The notes under the pieces are model-generated. The model saw only the letters and a program-made list of their open reading frames with translations. It did no database searches and was not told the origin of the DNA. Position numbers and translations under genes: made by a program. A stretch of 64,000 bases of DNA. Source: Acidaminococcaceae bacterium (GTDB taxonomy: Bacteria; Bacillota; Negativicutes; Acidaminococcales; Acidaminococcaceae). The stretch is taken from the NCBI GenBank assembly GCA_017443005.1, contig JAFSPK010000052.1, positions 265 through 64,264 of the forward strand, in the 5' to 3' direction. Shown here piece after piece: positions 41,333 to 51,149 of this stretch. How positions within the stretch are numbered: the first letter of the stretch is position 1; each line of letters begins with the position of its first letter.

Positions 41333-41457
41333 AAAAGTGCGGTAGAAATTCTTCCGCACTTTTTCTTTGCGCTGGATTTTTTAATAGTAAATATGGTAAA
41401 ATAAACGTTAGAGCAAAATTGTTTTTTGTTTTTTAAATTCATACAGGGGAGAGAAGT

Positions 41458-44400
41458 ATGGCACAGAGAACAGATATCCATAAAGTAATGATCATCGGGT
41501 CCGGCCCCATCGTCATCGGCCAGGCCTGCGAGTTTGACTATTCCGGTACCCAGGCCTGCAAGGCGCTGCGAAGCCTGGGCTATGAGATCGTACTGGTGAA
41601 TTCCAACCCGGCCACCATTATGACGGATCCGGAGATGGCGGATAAAACCTATATCGAACCGCTGAACGTGGAGCGGGTAGAGCAGATTATCGCGAAAGAA
41701 CGTCCGGACGCGCTGTTGCCGAACTTAGGCGGGCAGTCCGGCCTGAACCTGTGCGCCGAACTGTACAAAGCCGGCGTGCTGGATAAATACGGCGTTAAAG
41801 TCATCGGCGTGCAGGTAGACGCCATCGAACGGGGCGAAGACCGCATCGAATTTAAAGAGACCATGAACAAGCTGGGCATCGGCATGGCCCGCAGCGAGGT
41901 TTCCTATAGCGTGGAAGAAGCCCTGGCCATTGCCGACGAGTTAGGCTATCCGGTGGTGCTGCGCCCGGCCTATACCATGGGCGGCGCCGGCGGCGGCCTG
42001 GTTTACAATAAAGAAGAACTGAAAACCGTCTGCGCCCGGGGCCTGCAGGCCAGTATCATCGGTCAGGTGCTGGTGGAAGAATCCATCCTGGGCTGGGAAG
42101 AACTGGAACTGGAAGTGGTCCGGGACAAGGACAACAACATGATCACGGTCTGCTTCATCGAGAACGTGGATCCGGTAGGCGTGCATACCGGCGACTCCTT
42201 CTGTACCGCGCCCATGCTGACCATTCCGGAAGACGTGCAGCAGGAGCTGCAGCGTCAGGCGTATAAAATCGTGGAACATATCGGCGTCATCGGCGGCACC
42301 AACGTGCAGTTTGCCCGGAACCCGAAAGACGGCCGTATCATTGTCATTGAAATCAATCCCCGTACCTCCCGGTCTTCCGCCCTGGCATCCAAGGCCACCG
42401 GTTTCCCCATCGCCTTGGTATCTGCCAAGCTGGCCAGCGGGCTGACTTTAAAAGACCTGCCCTGCGGCAAGTACGGCGCCCTGGACAAGTACGTGCCCGA
42501 CGGAGATTACATTGTCGTAAAATTTGCCCGCTGGGCTTTTGAAAAGTTCAAGGGCGTGGATGACAAACTGGGTACCCAGATGCGCGCCGTGGGCGAAGTC
42601 ATGAGCATCGGCAAAAATTACAAGGAAGCGTTCCAGAAAGCCATCCGTTCTCTGGAAAAGGGACGTTACGGTCTGGGACATGTGAAGAATTTTGATACAC
42701 TCAGCAAAGAAGAACTGCTGAACCTGTTGCGCACGCCTTCCTCCGAACGTTACTTCCAGATGTACGAAGCCCTGCGCAAAGGCGCTACGGTAGACGAGAT
42801 CTTCGACATCACCTGGGTGAAGCATTACTTTGTGGAACAGATGAAAGAACTGGTGGAGGAGGAGGAAGCCCTGCTGCAGTATAAAGGCACGGTGCCTCCC
42901 GCGAAAGCCCTGGCCCAGGCCAAAAAGGACGGCTTCTCCGATAAATACCTCAGCGAGATCCTGAACGTATCCGAAGACGATATCCGTCACGCAAGGGAAA
43001 AGATCGGCGTGGTGGAAGCCTGGGACGGCGTCCATGTGAGCGGCACCCAGGACAGCGCGTACTTCTATTCCACCTATAATGCAACCGACAACAACCCGGT
43101 AACCGATAAACAGAAGATCATGATCCTGGGGGGCGGCCCCAACCGCATCGGCCAGGGTATTGAGTTCGACTACTGCTGCGTCCATGCGGCCATATCCCTG
43201 AAGAAGCTGGGCTTTGAGACCATCATTGTCAACTGCAACCCGGAAACCGTATCCACCGACTACGATACTTCCGATAAACTGTACTTTGAACCCCTGACGC
43301 TGGAAGACGTGTTAAGCATTTACTATAAGGAAAAACCGGTAGGCGTCATCGCCCAGTTCGGCGGGCAGACTCCGCTGAACCTGGCGGCCAAGCTGAAAGA
43401 AGAGGGCGTGAACATTCTGGGTACCACGCCGGAAGTCATCGACCTGGCGGAAGACCGGGACCAGTTCCGCAAAGTCATGGACAAGCTGGGCATTCCCATG
43501 GCGGAATCCGGTATGGCCAGCACGGTGGAACAGGCCATTGAACTGGCCCACAGCATCGGTTATCCGGTCATGGTGCGCCCGTCCTTTGTACTGGGCGGCC
43601 GGGGCATGGAAGTGGTCCACGACGACGAGCAGATGAAAGACTATATGGCGGCGGCCATCGGCGTAACCCCGGACCGGCCCATCCTCATCGACCGGTTCCT
43701 GCACAACGCGCTGGAATGTGAAGCGGACGCCATCTCTGACGGCAAGGACGCCTTTGTGCCTGCGGTCATGGAACACATCGAACTGGCCGGCATCCATTCC
43801 GGCGACAGCGCCTGCATCCTGCCCAGCCGGCAGATTTCGGAAGAAAATCTGAATACCATTAAAGAATATACCCGCAAGATTGCGGTAGAGATGAACGTAG
43901 TAGGCCTCATGAACATGCAGTACGCCATCGAAGACGGCAAGGTGTACGTGCTGGAGGCCAACCCCCGCGCGTCCCGTACCGTACCGCTGGTATCCAAAGT
44001 CTGCGGCATCCGCATGGTACCGCTGGCAACGGATATCATTACCGGTTCCCTGACCGGGCGTCCGTCGCCGGTGCCGGAACTGAAAGAACGTAAGATTCCG
44101 TATTACGGTGTTAAAGAAGCCGTGTTCCCCTTCAATATGTTCCCGGAAGTAGATCCCATCCTGGGACCGGAGATGCGTTCTACCGGCGAAGTGCTGGGCC
44201 TGGCCGAGACAGTGGGCGAAGCTTACTTCAAGGCGCAGGAAGGCGCCAAAGCGGTACTGCCCTTACAAGGTACCGTACTGCTTTCCATCAGCGACGGGGA
44301 TAAAGAGGAAGCGGTGCCGGTTGCCAGAGCTTTCTATGAAGACGGCTTCAAAGTCATCGCCACGGAAGGCACTGCGAAGCTGATCGAAGCGGCAGGCATT

Positions 44401-44673
44401 CCCGTGGAACGGGTCAACAAGATCTACGAAGGCCAGCCTAACATTGAGGACTGGATTATCAACGGCAAGATCCAGCTGATCGTGAACACGCCGGCCGGCA
44501 AGACGGCAGCCCATGACGACAGCTACCTGCGGAAGGGGGCCATCAAGCACCGGGTCACTTACATTACCACCATGGTGGCGGCCAAGGCTGCTGCGGAAGG
44601 CATCAACCAGATGAACAAACACGGAAACAGCGAAGTGCTGTCCCTGCAGGAGTGGCACGGACTGATTAAGTAA
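41458..44673 (+). CDS. carB: Carbamoyl-phosphate synthase large subunit
   Basis: GSGPIVIGQACEFDYSG, duplicated ATP-grasp, NRIGQGIEFDY, MGS domain. Confidence 0.97.
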   Translation: MAQRTDIHKVMIIGSGPIVIGQACEFDYSGTQACKALRSLGYEIVLVNSNPATIMTDPEMADKTYIEPLNVERVEQIIAKERPDALLPNLGGQSGLNLCAELYKAGVLDKYGVKVIGVQVDAIERGEDRIEFKETMNKLGIGMARSEVSYSVEEALAIADELGYPVVLRPAYTMGGAGGGLVYNKEELKTVCARGLQASIIGQVLVEESILGWEELELEVVRDKDNNMITVCFIENVDPVGVHTGDSFCTAPMLTIPEDVQQELQRQAYKIVEHIGVIGGTNVQFARNPKDGRIIVIEINPRTSRSSALASKATGFPIALVSAKLASGLTLKDLPCGKYGALDKYVPDGDYIVVKFARWAFEKFKGVDDKLGTQMRAVGEVMSIGKNYKEAFQKAIRSLEKGRYGLGHVKNFDTLSKEELLNLLRTPSSERYFQMYEALRKGATVDEIFDITWVKHYFVEQMKELVEEEEALLQYKGTVPPAKALAQAKKDGFSDKYLSEILNVSEDDIRHAREKIGVVEAWDGVHVSGTQDSAYFYSTYNATDNNPVTDKQKIMILGGGPNRIGQGIEFDYCCVHAAISLKKLGFETIIVNCNPETVSTDYDTSDKLYFEPLTLEDVLSIYYKEKPVGVIAQFGGQTPLNLAAKLKEEGVNILGTTPEVIDLAEDRDQFRKVMDKLGIPMAESGMASTVEQAIELAHSIGYPVMVRPSFVLGGRGMEVVHDDEQMKDYMAAAIGVTPDRPILIDRFLHNALECEADAISDGKDAFVPAVMEHIELAGIHSGDSACILPSRQISEENLNTIKEYTRKIAVEMNVVGLMNMQYAIEDGKVYVLEANPRASRTVPLVSKVCGIRMVPLATDIITGSLTGRPSPVPELKERKIPYYGVKEAVFPFNMFPEVDPILGPEMRSTGEVLGLAETVGEAYFKAQEGAKAVLPLQGTVLLSISDGDKEEAVPVARAFYEDGFKVIATEGTAKLIEAAGIPVERVNKIYEGQPNIEDWIINGKIQLIVNTPAGKTAAHDDSYLRKGAIKHRVTYITTMVAAKAAAEGINQMNKHGNSEVLSLQEWHGLIK

Positions 44674-44833
44674 GAATATGATCATTATAAAGAAAAACGC
44701 AGTGTTGTCGCTGCGTTTTCTTTTATCTTCCAAAATATATTCACGTACGTTAGTCCTATATGTTATAATAGCTTTGAGAAATTACATTAAAAATGTCTAA
44801 ATACACAGAAGACGATGTAAGGATGGTTAAATA

Positions 44834-45142
44834 ATGAGAAACCAGAATATGATTCCTGACAATAACAAAGAGAATAGTGTTGCCATATTAAGCAGTTTTG
44901 ACCGCTATACTACTTTTTCGCATGGTGGCATCACGCTAACGTTTCGTACCTGCGATGGTTTGGAAAAATATACCAAGGTTATGCTATGGGATGATGGATA
45001 TTTGGAAGTTATGGCGAAATACAAACATCAACAGGAAGAAGTGGAAGAATATATTGACCTGATACCGGTTCTTGAAGGCTTATATATGGATAAGCATGTG
45101 TTTTTATCGCCTATTAAAGAAGTGAGGATTGAATATGCCTGA
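44834..45142 (+). CDS. Small hypothetical protein, gene 1 of AT-rich cassette
   Basis: ORF with WDDGYL and EEYIDL motifs; extended -10 TGTTATAAT at 44761. Confidence 0.7.
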   Translation: MRNQNMIPDNNKENSVAILSSFDRYTTFSHGGITLTFRTCDGLEKYTKVMLWDDGYLEVMAKYKHQQEEVEEYIDLIPVLEGLYMDKHVFLSPIKEVRIEYA

Positions 45143-45365
45143 AAAAGAATTACAGCGAATTGCTGACAACGCTAAATTCATAGTGAACGGGTATGCGTTT
45201 ACAGAAAGAGAAGATGGTTTGGTCAGTATTTTGAATCTTGACCATTCGGAATGCGCCATGGTGGTTAATAAAGAAGGGGAAATAATTGAAACCAACATGG
45301 ATCCTATTGAACAAAAAATAGTATTGGACCTCTGTAAGAGAAATCTGCAGTTTATGGAGGTTTGA
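45135..45365 (+). CDS. Small acidic hypothetical protein, gene 2 of cassette
   Basis: GAGGA RBS, 8-bp overlap with gene 1, IVNGYAF. Confidence 0.7.
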   Translation: MPEKELQRIADNAKFIVNGYAFTEREDGLVSILNLDHSECAMVVNKEGEIIETNMDPIEQKIVLDLCKRNLQFMEV

Positions 45366-45366
45366 T

Positions 45367-45645
45367 ATGCCAAAGTACTACAGATTCAGGATTGCCGATC
45401 ATTATCTTTATTTTACGGCGCAGTGTATTGTAGAGGCGATGCATGTCCATGCCAGTGATAAACATTTGACAGAAGCGAATTCTGCAAAGTTTTTTGTAAG
45501 AGAAGACGGAAGTACTGTTTTAAAAAAGAGAGGGGATCTTACTGAACGTGAAATAAACATTATCCAAAGATTCATAAAAGAAAACTATTTGGATATGTAC
45601 AGAATGTGGAAAGATTTTGGCGGAGAAGGCTTTTATAAAATTTAA
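45367..45645 (+). CDS. DUF4160-like small protein, gene 3 of cassette
   Basis: MP start, E..HVHA, AKFF and C-terminal W pattern; GGAGG RBS. Confidence 0.65.
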   Translation: MPKYYRFRIADHYLYFTAQCIVEAMHVHASDKHLTEANSAKFFVREDGSTVLKKRGDLTEREINIIQRFIKENYLDMYRMWKDFGGEGFYKI

Positions 45646-45659
45646 TCAGCGTCTCCTTA
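45641..45659. repeat. Isolated right end of the 164-bp element
   Basis: TTTAATCAGCGTCTCCTTA, containing the stop codon of gene 3. Confidence 0.7.
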
Positions 45660-45759
45660 AATAAATATGGTTACGCCGCGTAAAAAAGCGCCGGCTGTAT
45701 CTCGCATGAGATACAGTCGGCGTTTTCCGTTTTATTACAAGAAACTTGTGAAGTTATTC

Positions 45760-46626
45760 TTACGCGAACTTCTTGCCGGTGAGCAGTTCGTAAGCTTCTT
45801 TGTATTTGGCAATGGTCTTTTCAATAATATCCTGAGGCAGGATCTCCGCGTTGTTGGCTTTCAGGTAGTCGCGGACAAACTGTTTGTCATAGGAAGGCTG
45901 GGACTTGCCGGCTTCGTAACCCTTCAGGGGCCAGAAGCGGCTGTTGTCGGGGGTCAGCATTTCGTCGGCCAGTACGATGTTTCCTTTTTCATCCAGGCCG
46001 AATTCAAATTTGGTGTCGGCGATGATGATGCCGCGCTCCAGCGCATAGTCCGCGCATTTTTTGTACAGGGTGAGGGTCAGGTCGCGGAGTTTTTCCATGT
46101 ACTCTTTGCCTTTGCCGGGGAAGAACTTCTCCACCCACACGATGCCTTCTTCCATGGAGATGTTCATGTCGTGTTCGCCTACCGGCGCTTTCGTGGAAGG
46201 AGTGAAGAGGGGTTCCGGTAATTTCTGGCATTCCTTCAGGCCTTCCGGCAGTTCGATGCCGCAGATTTTGCCTTCTTTTTTATAGCTTTCCCAGCCGCTG
46301 CCGGTGATGTAGCCGCGCACCACGCACTCTACGGGCAGCATTTCCAGCTTCTGGGTCTTCATGCTGCGGCCTTCAAATTCCGGAGTCCGGAAGAATTCCG
46401 GCATGTCTTTCGTGTCAATGGAAAGCATGTGGTTCGGCACGATGTCTTTGGTGAAATCAAACCAGAACTTGGACATCTTGTTCAGCACGGCGCCTTTTTC
46501 CGGCACCGGGTCTTTCAAAATTACATCAAACGCGGAAATACGGTCCGTGCAGACCATGACCAGACTGTCGCCCAGATCGTACAGCTCCCGGACTTTTCCG
46601 GATTTAAAGGGTTTGTATTCTTTCAT
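45760..46626 (-). CDS. purC: SAICAR synthetase
   Basis: GKVRELY, TDRISAFD, ECVVRGYITGSG, DTKFEFG, DEMLTPD.SRFW. Confidence 0.96.
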   Translation of the reverse strand: MKEYKPFKSGKVRELYDLGDSLVMVCTDRISAFDVILKDPVPEKGAVLNKMSKFWFDFTKDIVPNHMLSIDTKDMPEFFRTPEFEGRSMKTQKLEMLPVECVVRGYITGSGWESYKKEGKICGIELPEGLKECQKLPEPLFTPSTKAPVGEHDMNISMEEGIVWVEKFFPGKGKEYMEKLRDLTLTLYKKCADYALERGIIIADTKFEFGLDEKGNIVLADEMLTPDNSRFWPLKGYEAGKSQPSYDKQFVRDYLKANNAEILPQDIIEKTIAKYKEAYELLTGKKFA

Positions 46627-46860
46627 GTTCTTTTCTCCTTTTTTCTATAACCGGACTTTATGAACCTGCATAGGAAGTCCGGTTATTTTCAATTAACACA
46701 CTCTAAATTTTAGCACAAACCGGCAGGAAGTTACAAGATGTTTTTTGAAATTGCGCCTGTCAGATAAAATAATCGCAGTTTGGCGGTTCCTCTTTTTACA
46801 TATTTATGATACAATACCTGTATATACACGCTGCGGAGCGAATTGGCGCAGAATTTTTAA

Positions 46861-46925
46861 CCTATGCCGGGGAAGAACTTCTCTACCTGCACGATGCTTT
46901 CTTCCCTGGAGATGTTCATGTCGTG
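46861..46925 (+). repeat. 65-bp diverged copy of purC coding segment 46109-46173
   Basis: 59/65 identical, same orientation, no gaps. Confidence 0.9.
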
Positions 46926-46991
46926 AACTGCCGCGTGGTTTTGCAGAAAACGCCGGAGATAGTTTGGCGGAATAAGAGGGGTTGTTTTATC

Positions 46992-48404
46992 ATGTCAATT
47001 CAATTGATGATTGTTGTGTTGTATGTGGCGATGCTGTTCGCGATTTCCTTTTATGTGAAAAGGAGGGCAGAGACCAGCGCCACGGAATATCAGTTCGCGG
47101 GCCGCAAATTTGGCGCGCTGCTGATCGCCGTCAGCGTCACCGGCATGGCGGTGGGTGCAGCTTCCACCGTAGGCGTGGCGGAAAGCGCTACCCGCATCGG
47201 CCTGTCTGCCGGCTGGTACAACGGCGCCTGGTCCATCGGCGCCATCTTCATGGGACTGGTGGCGGCGGGCAAGTACCGCACCCTGGAATGCACCACGGTG
47301 CCGGAACTGTTTGAGCGCTGCTACGACAAAAAGGCGCGCATCATCAGCGTCATCGGCCTGGCCATCATTTTATCCTGCATTACTTCGCTGCAGTATGTGG
47401 CGGGCGGTTCCATCCTTTCCACCCTGATGCCCGACGTGTTCACCATGAAGACGGGTATGATCACCAGCGCCGTTGTGTTTATCGGCATTACGGTCATCGG
47501 CGGCATGTGGTCCTCGGGCCTGTCCAGTGTATTGAGCGTGCTGATCATTTACCTGGGCATCATCTATTGTATGGTGAAAATCCTGATCCGTGACGGCGGG
47601 ATGGCGGGCATCGTGGCCAAACTGCCTCCCATGCCTTTTGACTGGGCGGATCCTTTCGGCGGTCTGACCATGGCCATGCTGATGGGTTGGATCATCGTTA
47701 TGATGACCCAGACCGTAAGCGGTGCGCCGGTGCAGATTGCCACCAGCTCCAAATCGGAAAGCGCGGCCCGGAACGGCTTTATCCTGGGCGGCCTCATCAT
47801 TTTTCCCATCGGCTTCTTCTCCGCTGTGTTGGGTATGGCGGCCAAGGCCCAGTATCCAGACATCAATCCCACGCTGGCATTGCCCCAGATTATCATGAGT
47901 CTGGATTCGTTTTCCTCCGGCATTACCTTGGCGGCCCTGTGGGCGGCGGATGTTTCCACAGCCTGCACCATCTTGCTGGGGGCCGGTACGCTGATTGCGC
48001 AGGATATTTACAAACGCTTTTTTAATCCGGACATCACCCCGGATAAATACATGAAGGCCAGCCGCTTCATCATTTTCGCGGTAGGTCTGGTGACCCTGTG
48101 GATGGCTTTCAACGCGGTGGGTATCGTGAAGATGATGCTGACGGGACTGAGCCTGACCACGGCTTTCACGCTTGTTTTTCTGGCTACCATGTTTGCGCCG
48201 GACCTGTGCCGTCGCAACACGGCGTTTTATACCACGCTGGTAGGGCTTATCGGCCTTCTGGCCTGGCAGATATTCCCGTCGGTGCGGATTCTGCCGCATC
48301 CCATTTACTTTGAATGGATTATCTGCACCATCACGCTGCTGGTTGTGCGGGTCATTGACAAGGAACCTATTACGCCGCCGGCGCTGAAGAAAGACATTGA
48401 GTGA
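46992..48404 (+). CDS. Sodium:solute symporter family transporter
   Basis: AGR, GAASTVG, TVPELF, GGM, QDIY; polytopic; start after AGAGGGG RBS. Confidence 0.88.
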   Translation: MSIQLMIVVLYVAMLFAISFYVKRRAETSATEYQFAGRKFGALLIAVSVTGMAVGAASTVGVAESATRIGLSAGWYNGAWSIGAIFMGLVAAGKYRTLECTTVPELFERCYDKKARIISVIGLAIILSCITSLQYVAGGSILSTLMPDVFTMKTGMITSAVVFIGITVIGGMWSSGLSSVLSVLIIYLGIIYCMVKILIRDGGMAGIVAKLPPMPFDWADPFGGLTMAMLMGWIIVMMTQTVSGAPVQIATSSKSESAARNGFILGGLIIFPIGFFSAVLGMAAKAQYPDINPTLALPQIIMSLDSFSSGITLAALWAADVSTACTILLGAGTLIAQDIYKRFFNPDITPDKYMKASRFIIFAVGLVTLWMAFNAVGIVKMMLTGLSLTTAFTLVFLATMFAPDLCRRNTAFYTTLVGLIGLLAWQIFPSVRILPHPIYFEWIICTITLLVVRVIDKEPITPPALKKDIE

Positions 48405-48457
48405 ATGAGCTTTTGACGTAACTCAAAGCAATAGAGTCAATCAAAAGAAAATGGCAA

Positions 48458-48634
48458 TATAAATAGAACAGGCAACGCAAAAACGGAACCGATTGCTATT
48501 CCATGGATTTATGTGCCTATGGCTTCGAAACTCGGGGCTTCGCCCCTCAGACAGTCTCGCCATGACGGCACATTTCATCTCATGGAATAACGCAATCGGT
48601 TCCTATGTTTTGCTTATGCCTGCTCTATTTTATA
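48458..48634. repeat. ~175-bp imperfect palindrome (second REP/MITE-like family)
   Basis: Nested arms AATAGAACAGGCA/TGCCTGCTCTATT, GGAACCGATTGC/GCAATCGGTTCC, TATTCCATG/CATGGAATA, with a central GGGGC-TTC-GCCCC hairpin. Confidence 0.75.
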
Positions 48635-48706
48635 TAAGCCTGTTCCTTTTGTTTGTGTTTGTTCCGTTATTAGTGTTTCTTCTTTTATTTGTGCCTATTT
48701 ACTTAT

Positions 48707-50896
48707 TTATTCTTTTGCTTCTGCTTTTGCTTTTGCTTTCGCTTTCATCTGTTCTTCTTTTAAAATTGCGTCTGCTTTGTCTTTGATTTTGCAGATGCGG
48801 TCTGTCCAAGCAAACAGGTCCGGCAGATCGTAATCGCCGGCGTGGCCGTAGCCCCAGGCTACCTTGAAGTCAACTGCTTTATCGCTGTTCTTCAGCTTGA
48901 CCGCCAGCATAGCCGGAATGGCGAGAGCGGTATCTCTGTCCAGTGCGCCGTGGCGAATCCGCCAGTGCGATGCGGTCTGCACACCAGGGTTCCCGATATA
49001 GCGCATGGGGTTCATCATTTTTACAACCAGCCCGTTGGCCATGTATTGGGAAAGGTCAAGTTTCTCCTTTTCCATTTGTTCTTCCAGATTGGCTTTCCGC
49101 AACTGTCGTTTTTCAACAGGAGTTGCCAGACCGTACTGACGCGCCTTTTCTTCTGCAATCTTTTTTTCTTCTTCTTCCTTCGGAACCGTAACAAGCTGGC
49201 TGTGTTCCAGCGCATAGCGTGAAAAATGCTTGTTTGTAATATCATAGGTACCGAATTCGTTGTTCTCGCCTGTTGTCATGTCAAAGGCATCGAATGCGGG
49301 AACGCCTTTCAGACGTTTTACCGCGGCAATGTATTTGTCAAAATCCATATGGACTGCCATTCCTTCACTGACAGTGACCCAGGGCGTCTTGCTGATATCT
49401 TCTCCGGTGTCAATGGCGTTCTGGGCTGCCTCCAGATACAGGGACTCAATGAATTCGCGGAAGAGACCGTATCCGTCCGGCGCCAGGTTCAGCCGGTTGC
49501 CCAGGGAATCGCGTAAATTCAGTCCATTCAGGTATTCCGTAAATTTTTCTTTTAATTCTGCGGAAATCTCTTTCTGTTCCGGCGTGATGGCTGTGCCTTG
49601 AATTGCTTCCGCCGGAGCGTTGGCCGGACGGTTCTGTACGTTACCTTCAGGTGCAGCGTTGCTGTCGGCAGGCGGCATTCTTCTGGCCGGGCCTGCGTTG
49701 TAATACGCATTCGCGTTATGGAACATCCACTCGTAGGCCATATCTGCATTTTCCAGATTGGTGATAGGGCAGTAGGCCATGGATGCAAAAATGTCGTCCC
49801 GTTCTTTGGCTGCGCCCACTTCTTTGAGATAGGGATCATAATCTTTTGCATTTCCCGTTGCCCCTAACAATGCTGACAACGCGCCTCCCGCGCTGGTACC
49901 GCTGGCGATGATCTTTTCCGTATCGCCGGCGGGAATGCGCCCGGCCTTGCGGTTGAATCGCACAAAACGTACGGCGGCTTTGTAATCGACAATCAATGCA
50001 GGCGCTTTTCCGGTTTCATAGCCGTTTTTATGCTTCAGGGACCGGCCCCGGATGGCAGGGGAGACCACCACGTAACCGTTGCTCAGCGCATATAACGCGG
50101 CATTGGCTCCGCCATAGCGGGAATCTTCCTGTGGTTCTACAATGGTTCCCGGCATATACCCGCCCACGCCGTTCGGCATAAAGATGGGTGCCGTTTCTGC
50201 GGTAAAGCCGTTGACGGTTCCGCCTTTCAGGTACGCTTCCGGAATGTAAATGCTCAGCATCTGGCTTTCCGGAACATACGGCTTTTTCACGTACACAAGA
50301 TGCTCGTAGGCACGGAAGGTTACGTCTTCGCCGTTGGCATTCATTGTTTTTGTCGAATAATCCTCCGGATTAAACACGATACTGTATTCCTGTCTGCCTT
50401 TAAACGCATTGGTAAACGCTTTCTCTTTTTCTGCTTTCTCTTTTGCGCGTTTTATGAAAAACTCCTCGCGTTCCCGCTGGAGTATCCGGATATCTTTTTC
50501 CAGTTGGTCAATCTCTTTCCATTCTGCTGACGAAAGCTTTCGTTCGTTCTGATAGGGAACCTCAGTGCCGGGAATGCCTTCTCCCTCTTTCAGGAATTCA
50601 TTCTGAATCGGTTTGGATTCGGCGGAATGGTCAATGGTATTCTGCTCAGCAGTGTCTGCCAGTGAAGACCTTTTATCTGCTGCCGCTGATGCTTTGCTCT
50701 GCATGGGTTCCTGCGCAGCCGCCGGTTCTTTCGCAGACGCAGTATCTTGTACGGTTGTTACTTCCTGCGTAACCATTGCTTCACTCTTCGCAGCCGCTTC
50801 CGCAAAAACGGGAGAAGCAGTCACAACGCCCTGCAACAGGGATGCGACGATGGCTGCAGCCAGATAATGTTTGGGCAAATATGATTTAAAAAACAT
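48707..50896 (-). CDS. Secreted subtype-B tannase-like alpha/beta hydrolase
   Basis: Signal peptide, PN.VGGYMP, KAAVR, GTSAGG, YCPITNL..AD.AYEW, HG..DRD, GH.GDYD. Confidence 0.82.
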   Translation of the reverse strand: MFFKSYLPKHYLAAAIVASLLQGVVTASPVFAEAAAKSEAMVTQEVTTVQDTASAKEPAAAQEPMQSKASAAADKRSSLADTAEQNTIDHSAESKPIQNEFLKEGEGIPGTEVPYQNERKLSSAEWKEIDQLEKDIRILQREREEFFIKRAKEKAEKEKAFTNAFKGRQEYSIVFNPEDYSTKTMNANGEDVTFRAYEHLVYVKKPYVPESQMLSIYIPEAYLKGGTVNGFTAETAPIFMPNGVGGYMPGTIVEPQEDSRYGGANAALYALSNGYVVVSPAIRGRSLKHKNGYETGKAPALIVDYKAAVRFVRFNRKAGRIPAGDTEKIIASGTSAGGALSALLGATGNAKDYDPYLKEVGAAKERDDIFASMAYCPITNLENADMAYEWMFHNANAYYNAGPARRMPPADSNAAPEGNVQNRPANAPAEAIQGTAITPEQKEISAELKEKFTEYLNGLNLRDSLGNRLNLAPDGYGLFREFIESLYLEAAQNAIDTGEDISKTPWVTVSEGMAVHMDFDKYIAAVKRLKGVPAFDAFDMTTGENNEFGTYDITNKHFSRYALEHSQLVTVPKEEEEKKIAEEKARQYGLATPVEKRQLRKANLEEQMEKEKLDLSQYMANGLVVKMMNPMRYIGNPGVQTASHWRIRHGALDRDTALAIPAMLAVKLKNSDKAVDFKVAWGYGHAGDYDLPDLFAWTDRICKIKDKADAILKEEQMKAKAKAKAEAKE

Positions 50897-51149
50897 GATA
50901 GGTACTCCTTGAATGTTTTGCAAAGAATCAGATTAAATCTGTAATAATTTATTATATCACATTTTGCGTGCTGCGTTACTCTGAAATGCAATAAAACTGT
51001 GAAAACAGTCTGTCAGAAACGGCAGGCTGCTTTTTTGCTATATAGGAGTGGTTTTGTATTTGCGCTAAAGAAAAATGCCCGGCCACGTAACGTGACCGGA
51101 CGGACGATTTGGATTAGGGAACTATCGTATTTTGTTTACCTGTCCTTTT

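Noticed and set aside
46806-46991. N-terminal extension of the SSS transporter
   Set aside because: It is the antisense reading of the purC duplicate; the RBS-supported start is 46992.
48493-48786. Leu-rich 97-aa membrane-like ORF
   Set aside because: Arises from the palindrome, a T-rich spacer and the antisense of the tannase Lys/Ala tail.
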